From positions 1 through 64,000 of the forward strand of contig JBLIRN010000001.1 of assembly GCA_049472315.1 (NCBI GenBank): a stretch of DNA of 64,000 nt. Reading direction: 5' to 3'. The stretch is from a bacterium. GTDB taxonomy: Bacteria > SZUA-182 > DTGQ01 > JAFGSM01. This document shows, one piece after another, positions 9,301 to 19,288 of this stretch. Below the pieces are notes generated by a model, which worked only from the letters and a program-made list of their open reading frames with translations, had not been told where the DNA came from and searched no databases. Position numbers and translations under genes: made by a program. Position 1 is the first letter of the stretch. Every line of letters starts with the position of its first letter.

Positions 9301-10081
9301 GCGGCGAGGGCGCACCTCCCTTGTGGAACAGGTAGGGAGATTTTTTTACACCTGCCTGGAGGAGGCGGGACAGCTCCTGCTGCTCTTGGTGCAGGCCCTG
9401 GCGTGGCTCTTTCGAAGCCCCCTCAAATGGCGGGAGACCCTTACCGAGATGGAGGAGGTGGGGGTCCATTCGGTGCCGGTCACCCTGATTACGGCAACAT
9501 TCACCGGCATGGTGCTCGCCCTTCAGAGCTATATCGGATTCAAGCGCTTCAACGCGGAGACCATGGTGGGGACGGTGGTTGCCCTCTCCATGGTGCGGGA
9601 ACTCGGCCCGGTCTTGACCGGGCTGATCGTGGCTGGCAGGGCCGGCTCGGAAATGGCCGCGGAGCTGGGGACCATGAAGGTTACCGAGCAGATCGACGCC
9701 CTGTATACATTGGCGGTCGATCCGATCCCGTACCTGATCGTTCCCAGGATTCTCGCCGGGATCATCATGCTCCCGGTCCTGACCGTTTTGGCGGATTGTA
9801 TAGGAATTGCCGGAGGATACCTGGTGGCGGTGAAGATGCTGCACGCAAACCCGGTTATTTATATGCGACGGAGCTTTGATTTCATGGAATGGAAGGATAT
9901 CTACATAGGGCTCTTCAAATCCGGCTTCTTCGGGTTGATCATCTCCACGGTGGGGTGCCATAAAGGGCTTGCCACCGAAGGAGGTGCGGAAGGAGTGGGG
10001 AATGCGACCACGGGCTCGGTGGTGCTCTCCTCCATGCTGATCCTCATCTCCGACTATATATTGACCGCGCTGTTTTTTTGA
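9278..10081 (+). CDS. mlaE: MlaE-family ABC permease
   Basis: RELGPVLTGLIVAGRAGSEMAAELGTMKVTEQIDAL. Confidence 0.95.
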   Translation: MEASVPGKRRGRTSLVEQVGRFFYTCLEEAGQLLLLLVQALAWLFRSPLKWRETLTEMEEVGVHSVPVTLITATFTGMVLALQSYIGFKRFNAETMVGTVVALSMVRELGPVLTGLIVAGRAGSEMAAELGTMKVTEQIDALYTLAVDPIPYLIVPRILAGIIMLPVLTVLADCIGIAGGYLVAVKMLHANPVIYMRRSFDFMEWKDIYIGLFKSGFFGLIISTVGCHKGLATEGGAEGVGNATTGSVVLSSMLILISDYILTALFF

Positions 10082-10099
10082 GAACGGGGAGTGCGAGCA

Positions 10100-10879
10100 A
10101 TGGAGCCGTTCATCGAACTTACAGGGGTGCATAAGTCCTTCAACGCAGCCCAGGTGCTGCGCGGGGTCGATCTGGCGATCTCCCGCGGTGAATCCATGGT
10201 GGTGATCGGGGGAAGCGGGAGCGGGAAGAGCGTGCTGATGAAGCATGTGATCGGGCTGCTCAGGCCGGACAAGGGGAAGGTCCGCGTGGACGGCAGGTAT
10301 ATCAGCGATATGAAGAGAAGGGATCTCAATGACTTCAGGAAGAAATTCGGGATGCTTTTTCAGGCGGGTGCCCTCTTTGATTCCATGTCGGTGTGGGAGA
10401 ATGTCGGTTTCAGCCTCCTGCAGCACACCAGGCTTTCCAAGGAGGAGATACGCCGGAGGGTCACGGAGAAACTGGCCATGGTGGGTCTTGAGGGGATCGA
10501 GGATCTGATGCCCGCGGAATTGAGCGGGGGTATGAAGAAGCGGGTCGCCCTTGCCCGGGCGATCGCCACGGAGCCGGAGATCCTGCTCTATGATGAGCCG
10601 ACCACCGGTCTCGATCCGATCATGGGTGACGTCATCAACGACCTGATCCTGAGCATGAGGGAGCAGCTCACCGTCACCTCCCTTGCCATCACCCATGATA
10701 TGAAGAGCGCCTATAAGATCGCAGACCGCATTGCCATGCTCTATGAAGGGGAGATCATACAGGTGGGCACACCTGAGGAGATCCAGGAAACCAACAACCC
10801 CGTTGTGTACCAGTTCATCACCGGAAGCGCCAGGGGGCCGATCACCGACCGTAACCATGAGACAAGGAGGGATGCGTGA
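10100..10879 (+). CDS. mlaF: MlaF-family ABC ATPase
   Basis: GGSGSGKS, LSGGMKKRVALARA, YDEPTTGLDP. Confidence 0.93.
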   Translation: MEPFIELTGVHKSFNAAQVLRGVDLAISRGESMVVIGGSGSGKSVLMKHVIGLLRPDKGKVRVDGRYISDMKRRDLNDFRKKFGMLFQAGALFDSMSVWENVGFSLLQHTRLSKEEIRRRVTEKLAMVGLEGIEDLMPAELSGGMKKRVALARAIATEPEILLYDEPTTGLDPIMGDVINDLILSMREQLTVTSLAITHDMKSAYKIADRIAMLYEGEIIQVGTPEEIQETNNPVVYQFITGSARGPITDRNHETRRDA

Positions 10880-12387
10880 GAGGGATAACCACCGAGGCCA
10901 AGGTAGGGCTTGTGGTCCTTCTGTCCCTGTTCGTCCTTGCCTTTTTGACCTTTCGGGCCGGGCGCTATACCTTCAATCAGGGGGAGGGGTATCACCTGAA
11001 GGTCTTCTTCAGCACGGTGGCGGGATTGGATCCGAAGGCAAGGGTGAAGGTGAGCGGGGTGGATGCCGGATATATAAAGGATATTGCCCTGGTTGACGAG
11101 CGCCCCCAGCTCACCCTGTGGATACGGGAGGGCATCCGGATACGGGAGAATGCCATCGCCCGGATTCGTTCCCTCGGGCTTATGGGAGAGAAGTATGTGG
11201 AGATTGATCCGGGAATCGAGCCCTCTCCCTTGCTGGGGGAAGGGGACCACATTTCCAGGGGGTACGTGACCAAGGATGTGGATGAGATGTCCGAATATCT
11301 GGGGACCCTGGCTGAGCAGCTCATCGATATCGCCGCCGCCCTGAAGGCGGTCATAGGCACCCAGGAGGGACAGGCCCGTCTCATTCAGATCATGGAAAAT
11401 ATGGAGGGCATGACCACCGGCATGAACAACATGGTGGCCCAGAACCAGCAGGAGGTGAACCGGCTGGTTCGCAACCTTGCGGATTTCACCGAGGAGCTGA
11501 ACGGATTGCTTCAAAACAACAAGGAGCAGATCGCCGGCATCATTGACGATTTCGGGTCGTTTTCCTCCGATCTGGCGGTACATGGCCCCGGAATGATGCA
11601 GGATATCGCGGATGCCACCGATGCCCTGAAGGGACTCATGGATCCCAACGGTTATGGTATAGGAGCCACCCTCAAGGGGTTCGCCGATGCGAGCCAGAGA
11701 CTCGATTTCACCCTCAAACAGATCAGTGAGATCTCCGAGAGGGTGAACCGCGGGGAGGGAACGATCGGCAAGCTCATTACCGATGACAAGGTGTACGAAG
11801 ACCTCTCCGGCACCCTGGGGGGGCTCAATGCCATGGTGGGCAAGGCGGAATCCTTCAGCCTGCACCTTGGATTCAGGTCCGAGTATCTCACGGAATACGA
11901 CCAGTCAAAGTCCTATTTTTCTCTCAAGTTCCAGCCGCGCGTGGGGAAATACTACCTGCTCGAGCTTGTGGATGACTTCGACGAACACGTCACCACCACC
12001 CGGCGGGTGATGGATCCCAACGGCACGGTCACCCTCGTAGAGGAAGAGACCGAGGATAAACTGCTCTTCAACATTCTCATGGCGAAGCAGTTCGGCCCCC
12101 TTCTCCTCAAGGGGGGGCTCATGGAATCAACCGGGGGTGCGGGCATCGAGTATCATCCCTTCGGCGAGAACCTCTGGTTCGGTATGGAGGGATGGGATTT
12201 CGGCGAGTCGAAACCCCACCTGAAGCTGTTTGCCCAGACCGTAATCAAGCGGCACTTCATCATCAACGTCGGGTGGGATGATTTCAACAATTCGGATACC
12301 CAGAGCTTCTTTGCGGGGGCCGGATTCACCTTCGAGGACGAGGATCTGAAGTACCTCCTGGGCAAGCTCCCCTTGCCCGGTTTTTAG
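10876..12387 (+). CDS. mlaD: Long MCE/MlaD protein with helical extension and probable C-terminal beta-barrel
   Basis: N-terminal TM, MCE motifs (GLDPKARVKVSGVDAG; GLMGEKYVEI), long helical middle, aromatic alternating beta-strand-like C-terminus. Confidence 0.88.
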   Translation: MRGITTEAKVGLVVLLSLFVLAFLTFRAGRYTFNQGEGYHLKVFFSTVAGLDPKARVKVSGVDAGYIKDIALVDERPQLTLWIREGIRIRENAIARIRSLGLMGEKYVEIDPGIEPSPLLGEGDHISRGYVTKDVDEMSEYLGTLAEQLIDIAAALKAVIGTQEGQARLIQIMENMEGMTTGMNNMVAQNQQEVNRLVRNLADFTEELNGLLQNNKEQIAGIIDDFGSFSSDLAVHGPGMMQDIADATDALKGLMDPNGYGIGATLKGFADASQRLDFTLKQISEISERVNRGEGTIGKLITDDKVYEDLSGTLGGLNAMVGKAESFSLHLGFRSEYLTEYDQSKSYFSLKFQPRVGKYYLLELVDDFDEHVTTTRRVMDPNGTVTLVEEETEDKLLFNILMAKQFGPLLLKGGLMESTGGAGIEYHPFGENLWFGMEGWDFGESKPHLKLFAQTVIKRHFIINVGWDDFNNSDTQSFFAGAGFTFEDEDLKYLLGKLPLPGF

Positions 12388-12391
12388 CGCC

Positions 12392-13795
12392 ATGGCCCAC
12401 CCCTTTGTATGTCAGTCGTGCGGATTTCGCTCCCTCAAGTGGATGGGCCGCTGCCCGGAATGCGGGGAATGGAACTCCCTGGCGGAGGTCCCTGAACCGA
12501 AGACCGGAAGGAGCGCACCCGCCGGTTTTCCTCAGGGAGATGCCTCATTCGATGCCCCCCCGCTGCCCCTGCCCCGGTTGGAGGCGGACGAGGGGGAGCG
12601 GATCCGGCTGGGGGCGGAGGAGTGGGACCGGGTTCTGGGGGGAGGCCTGGTCAGGGGCTCCGTTATCCTTGTGTATGGCGATCCGGGGATCGGGAAGTCC
12701 ACCCTCCTTTTGCAGATATCAGACCGGCTGGCTGCCCAGGAGAAGGTCCTGTATATATCCGGAGAGGAGTCAGCCCGGCAGATCAAGATCCGCTCCGACC
12801 GTCTGGGCCTTTCCTCCCCCGGACTGCACATCTACACGGGCACCTGCATGGAACGGATCGTGAGTCATCTCGATCCCCTGAGGCCCCGGGTCATCGTGCT
12901 CGATTCCATACAAACCACCTACACGGAACGCATCGAGAGCCCCCCGGGAAGCCTGAGCCAGATCAGGGATCTTGCCACCCAGTGGATGTACCTGTCCAAG
13001 CAGATGAATATATCCACGTTCCTGGTGGGACACGTGACCAAGGAGGGGGCCATTGCCGGGCCCAAGGTGCTCGAGCACATCGTGGACACGGTCCTCGGCC
13101 TGGAAGGAGACCGCCATCACGCCTTTCGTATCCTCAGGAGCGTGAAGAACCGGTTCGGTCCCACCAATGAGATCGGTCTGTTCGAGATGACCGACCGGGG
13201 TCTGGTGGAGGTGCTGGAACCATCAAAGCTCTTTCTCAACCCCCATCAGGAACCGTATGCGGGCTCCACAGTCGTGTGCAGCCTCGAAGGCACCCGGCCG
13301 ATCCTGGTGGAGATACAGGCCCTGGTTTCCCCCGGGACCATCGGCATGGCCAGGCGCACCTGCAACGGGGTGGACCCCAACAGGGCCGCCCTCCTGATCG
13401 CGGTGCTCGAAAAGCGGCTGGGACTCTATCTGCAGGACAAGGATATCTATCTGAACGTGGTGGGGGGGTTGAAGCTCGACGAGCCCGCCGTGGATCTGGG
13501 GATCATACTGTCCATCTATTCAAGCCTCAAGGACCTTCCTGTGCCGCCCGATCTGGCGATCGTGGGCGAGGTGGGGCTGACCGGCGAGATCAGGGCGGTG
13601 TATCAATCGGCAGTGCGCCGCAAGGAGGCATGGAAGCGGGGATTCCGCACCTGCCTTCTGCCTGCAGCCAACCGGTCCGAGGGGGGGAGCGGGAAGGGGG
13701 GACCCGAGGTTATCTATGCGGAGACGGTGCAGGAGGCCATAGGGCTGGTCTTTGACAACCATCCACGAACAAGACGGGGTCAGACGGAGACATAG
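12392..13795 (+). CDS. radA: DNA repair protein RadA/Sms
   Basis: CQSCG...CPECGEWN zinc finger, GDPGIGKST, KNRFG, Lon-like C-terminal domain. Confidence 0.97.
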   Translation: MAHPFVCQSCGFRSLKWMGRCPECGEWNSLAEVPEPKTGRSAPAGFPQGDASFDAPPLPLPRLEADEGERIRLGAEEWDRVLGGGLVRGSVILVYGDPGIGKSTLLLQISDRLAAQEKVLYISGEESARQIKIRSDRLGLSSPGLHIYTGTCMERIVSHLDPLRPRVIVLDSIQTTYTERIESPPGSLSQIRDLATQWMYLSKQMNISTFLVGHVTKEGAIAGPKVLEHIVDTVLGLEGDRHHAFRILRSVKNRFGPTNEIGLFEMTDRGLVEVLEPSKLFLNPHQEPYAGSTVVCSLEGTRPILVEIQALVSPGTIGMARRTCNGVDPNRAALLIAVLEKRLGLYLQDKDIYLNVVGGLKLDEPAVDLGIILSIYSSLKDLPVPPDLAIVGEVGLTGEIRAVYQSAVRRKEAWKRGFRTCLLPAANRSEGGSGKGGPEVIYAETVQEAIGLVFDNHPRTRRGQTET

Positions 13796-13948
13796 AGAGG
13801 ACTCACGAAGGCATTCTGTAAGACCCTGAAAATAAAAGAGAAATCGTTCGTGGTTTTATTGGCCGGCGACCTATGGTATAATGTTGCTTGCCATCATAGA
13901 TGCTCTGCCAAAGCGGTCTAACTTACCCAATAATAAGGAGATGGGCCT

Positions 13949-14428
13949 ATGTTTGAGGTTGGTGAAGAGATCGTCTATCCTACCTTGGGTGTAGGTAAGG
14001 TCGAAGCCATCGAGGTCCGGGAGATTCAGGGAAACGCACAGCAATTCTATATCTTGAGGATATTGTCGGATAACAGCATGGTTATGGTTCCGACGGACAA
14101 TGCCGAGGCGGTCGGACTTCGCCAGTTGATAGGTCCTGAAGAGGTGAGCAAGGTCTTCGAGATCCTCAAGGGGGACATCGATGAGATGTCCGCAAACTGG
14201 ACGAGACGATACAAGGACAACCTGGATCGACTCAAAAGCGGCTCCATCTTCCAGATGGCTGCCGTGTTCCGCAATTTGAGCCTTCTGAAACAACGGCGCG
14301 AGTTGAGCTTCGGTGAGAAGAAGATGCTCGAGGATACCAAGGATCTCATCGTGACCGAGCTCTCTCATGCCCAAAAGATAACACCTCTGCAGGCAACGGA
14401 ACAGCTCGAACGCATCTTTGAGGTGTAG
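13949..14428 (+). CDS. carD: CarD-family transcription regulator
   Basis: MFEVGEEIVYPTLGVG...WTRRY...LSFGEKKML. Confidence 0.92.
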   Translation: MFEVGEEIVYPTLGVGKVEAIEVREIQGNAQQFYILRILSDNSMVMVPTDNAEAVGLRQLIGPEEVSKVFEILKGDIDEMSANWTRRYKDNLDRLKSGSIFQMAAVFRNLSLLKQRRELSFGEKKMLEDTKDLIVTELSHAQKITPLQATEQLERIFEV

Positions 14429-14592
14429 GGTTCATCTCCTATCGAAATCATTGGGTGCTGGAATGAATGCCGGTCACATCAATCAATAAGGATGAATGCC
14501 GGCATCCCTGCGCGCGAACGGAGCACGTCCATCGCCATGATCGATGGATATACCGTTTCGCCCTTCTTCTGATATCGAGGATCCATAGCACG

Positions 14593-15297
14593 GTGAACGC
14601 ATACGCCATCATCCCCGCTGCAGGGAGCGGCACCAGGATCGGGGAGGGGATGCCCAAGCAGTATATCCCCCTTGCCGGTGTGCCCCTTCTCACCCATACG
14701 CTTCACAGGTTCCAGAGGTCGCCTCTGATCGATGAAATCATCGTGGTGGTGCGAAGGGGTGAGGTCACGCGGGTCAGGCGGGAAATCGTCGCCCCGCATG
14801 ATCTTCCCAAGGTGCGGCGGATCGTCGAGGGGGGCGCCGAGCGGCAGGATTCCGTTTCCCGGGGGCTGAAGGAGATTTGGGATGACACGGGGGACGATGA
14901 CATCGTCATCGTGCATGACGGCGCCCGGCCCTTTGTGGATGAGGAAGGGATCGCGCGATGCATTCACGAGGCACGGGAATGCGGTGCGTGCATCCTGGGT
15001 CTCAGGATCACCGAGACCCCCAAGTGCGTGAATGACGGAGGTATCATCATGTCCACCCCCTCACTGAACGGTCTCTGGGTTGCGCAAACACCCCAGGCAT
15101 TTCGGGCCTCCGTGCTGAAAGAGGCCCATTCCCGAGCCCGGAGCGATGGTTTTTACGGCACTGACGAGGCATCATTGGTTGAGCGGCTTCCCCATCCCGT
15201 GCGGATCGTACAGGGAAGCATTTGGAATATCAAGGTGACCCATCCCGGTGACCTTGCATACGCGGAGTGCATTCTGCGCATGGGGGTATGTCCATGA
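14593..15297 (+). CDS. ispD: 2-C-methyl-D-erythritol 4-phosphate cytidylyltransferase
   Basis: IPAAGSGTR, PKQY, RQDSV, VHDGARP, QTPQAF; start uncertain (GTG 14593 chosen). Confidence 0.94.
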   Translation: MNAYAIIPAAGSGTRIGEGMPKQYIPLAGVPLLTHTLHRFQRSPLIDEIIVVVRRGEVTRVRREIVAPHDLPKVRRIVEGGAERQDSVSRGLKEIWDDTGDDDIVIVHDGARPFVDEEGIARCIHEARECGACILGLRITETPKCVNDGGIIMSTPSLNGLWVAQTPQAFRASVLKEAHSRARSDGFYGTDEASLVERLPHPVRIVQGSIWNIKVTHPGDLAYAECILRMGVCP

Positions 15298-15785
15298 GGG
15301 TAGGGATAGGATACGATCTTCACCCCATCGAGGAAGGCAGGCCGCTGGTGCTCGGCGGTGTCAGCATTCCCTATCCCAAGGGGCTGGCAGGGCATTCGGA
15401 TGCGGACTGCCTGGTGCATGCCATTTGTGATGCCCTGCTGGGTGCGCTGGGCAAAGGGGACATCGGGGAGCGTTTCCCCGATACGGATGAGCGGTATCGC
15501 GGCATTTCGAGCCTCCTCCTCCTGGGGGAGGTCGCCGGTCTTCTTGACCGGTGCGGATATCGGGTGAATCAGATCGACACTACGATCGTCGCGGACGCCC
15601 CGCGCATTACCCCGTATAAAAAGGCAATGGCCGCAGCCATTGCCCGGACCCTCGGTATTGCACCGGACATGGTTTCCATCAAGGCCACCACCACGAACGG
15701 GCTGATCCTTTTCGCGCGGGAGGGCATTGCGGCGTATGCGGTGGTAAGCCTCGTTCCCTGCGACGCGCCTGATGCCGGTGAATAG
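15294..15785 (+). CDS. ispF: MECDP synthase
   Basis: MRVGIGYDLH, GHSDAD, HAICDALLGA, DIGERFP. Confidence 0.95.
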   Translation: MRVGIGYDLHPIEEGRPLVLGGVSIPYPKGLAGHSDADCLVHAICDALLGALGKGDIGERFPDTDERYRGISSLLLLGEVAGLLDRCGYRVNQIDTTIVADAPRITPYKKAMAAAIARTLGIAPDMVSIKATTTNGLILFAREGIAAYAVVSLVPCDAPDAGE

Positions 15786-15865
15786 ATGCAGGGTTACGGC
15801 CCGGTTGGACCCGCCGGAGCGGAAGGGGCACACGGTCACTATCTTCAATAAAGGAGTCTCCTGAC

Positions 15866-17287
15866 ATGAGTGTAATGGTTTACAACACCTTGACCCGGAA
15901 AAGGGAGGCGTTCACCCCCCTGGTCCCCGGGAAGGTGGGAATGTACGTGTGCGGGGTAACGGTGTATGACCTGTGCCACCTCGGTCATGCCCGGGGCGCC
16001 CTCGTGTTTGACATCATCCGTCGCTACCTGGAATACAAGGGGTACCAGGTGACCTACGTACGGAACTTCACCGATGTGGATGACAAGATCATCAACCGTG
16101 CCTGCGAGGAGGGGTGTAATCCCGATGAGGTCGCCTGCCGCTATATCCATGCCTACGAGGAGGATTTCGGGAGCATGGGGGTGCGGCCCGCCACCATCGA
16201 ACCCAAGGCCACCGAGCACATCCAGGATATGATACGCATGGTGAGCGTGCTTATTGAGAAGGGCTTCGCCTATGAGCGGGAGGGCGATGTCTTTTTCAGC
16301 GTGCGGCAATTCAAGGACTATGGCAAGCTCTCGGGAAGAAACGTGGATGAGATGCGTTCAGGCGCGCGGGTGGAGATCGACGAGCGCAAGGAGGACCCGC
16401 TCGATTTTGCCCTGTGGAAGCGATCGAAACCGGGTGAGCCCACATGGGAGAGCCCGTGGGGACCGGGCAGGCCCGGCTGGCATATAGAATGTTCGGTGAT
16501 GTCTCAACGATATCTGGGGGATACCTTTGACATCCATGGGGGAGGCGAGGACCTCATCTTTCCCCATCATGAAAACGAGATTGCCCAGTCCGAGGCGGCG
16601 ACAGGGAAACCCTTTGCGCGCTACTGGCTCCATAATGGATTCGTGAGCATAAACCAGGAGAAGATGTCCAAGTCACTCAAAAATTTCTGCACCATCCGGG
16701 ATATAATCTCCCAGTATCCGGCTGAGGCGGTGCGCTATTTCCTTGCCTCCACCCACTATCGAAGCCCTATCGATTTTACCCCGGAGAGGATCGAGGAGTC
16801 CCAGCGGGCATTGGAGCGGGTATACACCGCATTTCAGAATATCGAGCGTCTGGAGGATCCTGCCGGGGATCTGCGGCCGAGCGAGGCATGCCGGGAACGG
16901 ATATCCATGTTGAAGGGGGCATTCGAGGCGGCCATGGATGACGATTTCAATACGGCGGGTGCATTGGGGCACATCTTCGAGTTCATAAAGGGGATCAATC
17001 TTATCCTCAGGGAATTGCCTGAAGATGCCCAGGCGGTGGCGGATCTGCGGGCCTCCAAAAAGGCGGTGCAGGAACTCGGTCAGGTCCTGACCCTTTTTCA
17101 GGGGGAGGAGAAGGGGGAGGTGGGTCATCTCGCAGGGGACCTTATCGGGCTCCTGATCGAGCTTCGCTCCTCGGCGCGGCAGAAACGGGATTGGGCCACA
17201 GCGGACCTGATCAGGGACCGCCTTGCCGATCTCGATATCCTCCTTGAGGATCAGCCTGGCGGGAAAACCATCTGGAGGGCAAAATAG
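15866..17287 (+). CDS. cysS: Cysteine--tRNA ligase
   Basis: YVCGVTVYD, HLGH, GRPGWHIECS, KMSKS. Confidence 0.98.
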   Translation: MSVMVYNTLTRKREAFTPLVPGKVGMYVCGVTVYDLCHLGHARGALVFDIIRRYLEYKGYQVTYVRNFTDVDDKIINRACEEGCNPDEVACRYIHAYEEDFGSMGVRPATIEPKATEHIQDMIRMVSVLIEKGFAYEREGDVFFSVRQFKDYGKLSGRNVDEMRSGARVEIDERKEDPLDFALWKRSKPGEPTWESPWGPGRPGWHIECSVMSQRYLGDTFDIHGGGEDLIFPHHENEIAQSEAATGKPFARYWLHNGFVSINQEKMSKSLKNFCTIRDIISQYPAEAVRYFLASTHYRSPIDFTPERIEESQRALERVYTAFQNIERLEDPAGDLRPSEACRERISMLKGAFEAAMDDDFNTAGALGHIFEFIKGINLILRELPEDAQAVADLRASKKAVQELGQVLTLFQGEEKGEVGHLAGDLIGLLIELRSSARQKRDWATADLIRDRLADLDILLEDQPGGKTIWRAK

Positions 17288-17300
17288 AGGAAACGGTTCC

Positions 17301-18062
17301 ATGGCCCTTTATTTCGGTCGCCGTCCGGTGCTGGAGATCCTTTCCGCCGGGACACCGGTGGGGAGAATTATCATGGCCCAGGATGCGCACGGATACCTTA
17401 TCGAGAGGATCGAGCAGCGGGCGCACGAGCAGGGGGTGCCCATCGTCAGGGTCCCCAGGCAGCGGGTTGAGGAGCTATTCCCCGGAAGGGTCCACCAAGG
17501 GGTGATCGCCGAGACCCAGCCTGCTCCCGAACATTCAATCGAGGATCTCCTTCAGGCGCTTCAGGGGAGTTCTTCACCCCCCTTTGTGCTTATTCTGGAT
17601 GGCATAGAGGATCCCCGCAACCTGGGGGCGCTTGTAAGAACCGCACATGCCGCGGGTGTCCAGGGGATCGTTATACCCAAGCACCGCTCGGCGGGTATAA
17701 CCCCGGTGGTCGCCAAGGCCTCGGCAGGCGCAACGGCATGCACCATGATTGTGCGGGTGGCCAATCTCGTTCAAACCTGCGAGATACTCAAAAATAAGGG
17801 CCTCTGGATCGTCGGTGCCGATGTCGCCGGAAAGGACCTGTGGTTTCAGATGGATTTCGCCTGTCCCTTCGCCCTTGTTCTGGGTGGAGAGGGCAAGGGG
17901 ATCAGAAGGCTTCTTCGCGAGGAATGCGATATGATCGTCCGCCTCCCCATGATGGGTTCCATCGGCTCCTTGAATGTCAGCGTGGCCGGAGGTATCCTCA
18001 TGTACGAGATGCTCAGACAAAGGATGATACGAATTCCCGGGTATATGGATGCTCCTTGGTGA
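17301..18062 (+). CDS. rlmB: 23S rRNA (G2251-2'-O)-methyltransferase, TrmH family
   Basis: HQGV, DPRNLGALVRT, GGEGKG, SLNVSVA. Confidence 0.92.
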   Translation: MALYFGRRPVLEILSAGTPVGRIIMAQDAHGYLIERIEQRAHEQGVPIVRVPRQRVEELFPGRVHQGVIAETQPAPEHSIEDLLQALQGSSSPPFVLILDGIEDPRNLGALVRTAHAAGVQGIVIPKHRSAGITPVVAKASAGATACTMIVRVANLVQTCEILKNKGLWIVGADVAGKDLWFQMDFACPFALVLGGEGKGIRRLLREECDMIVRLPMMGSIGSLNVSVAGGILMYEMLRQRMIRIPGYMDAPW

Positions 18063-18157
18063 AGGGGATACAGCCACATTTCTTAGGCGCTGTTGTAAAC
18101 CGGAAAATGTATTTTTGAAAAATCACATGAGGATACAGAGAATTTAGGGATAAAAGT

Positions 18158-18194
18158 GGGCGGCCCGCCCGCCGTATCGGCGGGCGGGCCACCC
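18158..18194. terminator. Strong GC hairpin between convergent rlmB and the Gly/Tyr-rich gene
   Basis: GGGCGGCCCGCCCGCCG-TAT-CGGCGGGCGGGCCACCC. Confidence 0.75.
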
Positions 18195-18236
18195 TTCAAA
18201 GGACTGGGGTTTAGATAACCCACACGCAGTGACAGT

Positions 18237-18938
18237 CTATTGCGTTGTCGTCGTGGTCGCTGTAGGATCAAAAAGGTACGGGAAAAGCTGGGCGTAGAGT
18301 CCACCGACTCCAAGGAGCGGTGCAAGCTGTAAGTAAGGGATCTGATAGCTCAATCCGCCTGCGGTCTGAATCGGATAAAAGAGGTTCGATAAGGAGAAGG
18401 GTGAAACAGATCCGAGTCCACTGAGTCCAGAGAGTCCACCGAGTCCGCTAAGTCCACCGAGTCCAGAGAGTCCACCGAGTCCAGAGAGTCCGCCGAGTCC
18501 GTACAAGGAACTGATTCCGCCGAGGCTCCCCAGCCCTCCCAAGAGACCTGATCCGCCTCCATAAATACCACCAAGTCCCCCTCCATATAAGGAAAGCCCG
18601 GAAAGGCCTGCATAGCTCCCGTAGGGACTTCCATATAAGGAGGAACCGTAGCCTGAGTATCCGTAGGGGCTGGTGCCATAGCCTGAGTATCCGTAGGGGC
18701 TGTAGCCGTAGCTTGAGTATCCGTAGGGGCTGGTGCCGTAGCCTGAATATCCGTAGGGGCTGTAGCCGTAGCCTGAGTATCCGTAGGGGCTGTAGCCGTA
18801 GCCTGAATATCCGTAAGTACCATAGGCGTAAGGATTGTAGGTGGTCTGGGCGTACAGAGTAAATGAAGTAAAAAGAACACTTAAGAACAGTACCATTAAA
18901 CTGAGGCACAGAACCGAAAAATACTGCCTAGTCATCAT
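18237..18938 (-). CDS. Secreted Gly/Tyr/Ser-rich low-complexity repeat protein
   Basis: Signal peptide ending TLYA|Q; repeats YGYSGYG(Y/T)SP and GLGGLS; AAGGA RBS. Confidence 0.8.
   Translation of the reverse strand: MMTRQYFSVLCLSLMVLFLSVLFTSFTLYAQTTYNPYAYGTYGYSGYGYSPYGYSGYGYSPYGYSGYGTSPYGYSSYGYSPYGYSGYGTSPYGYSGYGSSLYGSPYGSYAGLSGLSLYGGGLGGIYGGGSGLLGGLGSLGGISSLYGLGGLSGLGGLSGLGGLSGLGGLSGLSGLGSVSPFSLSNLFYPIQTAGGLSYQIPYLQLAPLLGVGGLYAQLFPYLFDPTATTTTTQ
18411..18501. repeat. 9/18-bp coding repeats (GL[G/S])
   Basis: GAGTCC recurring with a 9-bp period. Confidence 0.85.
18646..18815. repeat. 30-bp coding tandem repeat (~5.6 copies)
   Basis: GTAGCCTGAGTATCCGTAGGGGCTG(G/T).GCC units encoding YGYSGYG(Y/T)SP. 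Confidence 0.92.
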
Positions 18939-19104
18939 ATGACATCATCCTTTCTGCTTTCACTTTTTACTGGAATTTGATGTGTTTGCATTAAAGACTG
19001 TCACCGTACGTAAATACGTAGGTGACCTAATGAGTGACATACCCCCCCCAGTTGTGATTGGGTTACTTCATTTACTCTCCTCCAGTGAGGCTGATACAAA
19101 ACGA

Positions 19105-19120
19105 AGCAATAACTATGCCA
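19105..19120 (-). promoter_or_regulatory. Putative sigma-54 promoter of the Gly/Tyr-rich gene
   Basis: TGGCATAGTTATTGCT closely matches TGGCACG-N4-TTGCW. Confidence 0.7.
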
Positions 19121-19275
19121 TGCAATGCGTGCAGTGGGTATGGCAGGATGAGCCATAATATATTTTAAATTACAACGAGTTATATAGCAAAGACGATTGC
19201 GCAGGTCACTCTATGCATTGTTGGGCAGGGAGTTGGGAATGGGCGGCACCATAAAACAGGGGGCATGATAGAGTA

Positions 19276-19288
19276 TAACTGATTGATT
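19276..19288 (-). promoter_or_regulatory. Putative IHF site
   Basis: AATCAATCAGTTA matches WATCAANNNNTTR, upstream of the sigma-54 motif in an AT-rich region. Confidence 0.4.

Noticed and set aside
9191..10858. 555-aa antisense ORF over mlaEF
   Set aside because: Shadow frame of GC-rich, well-identified genes.
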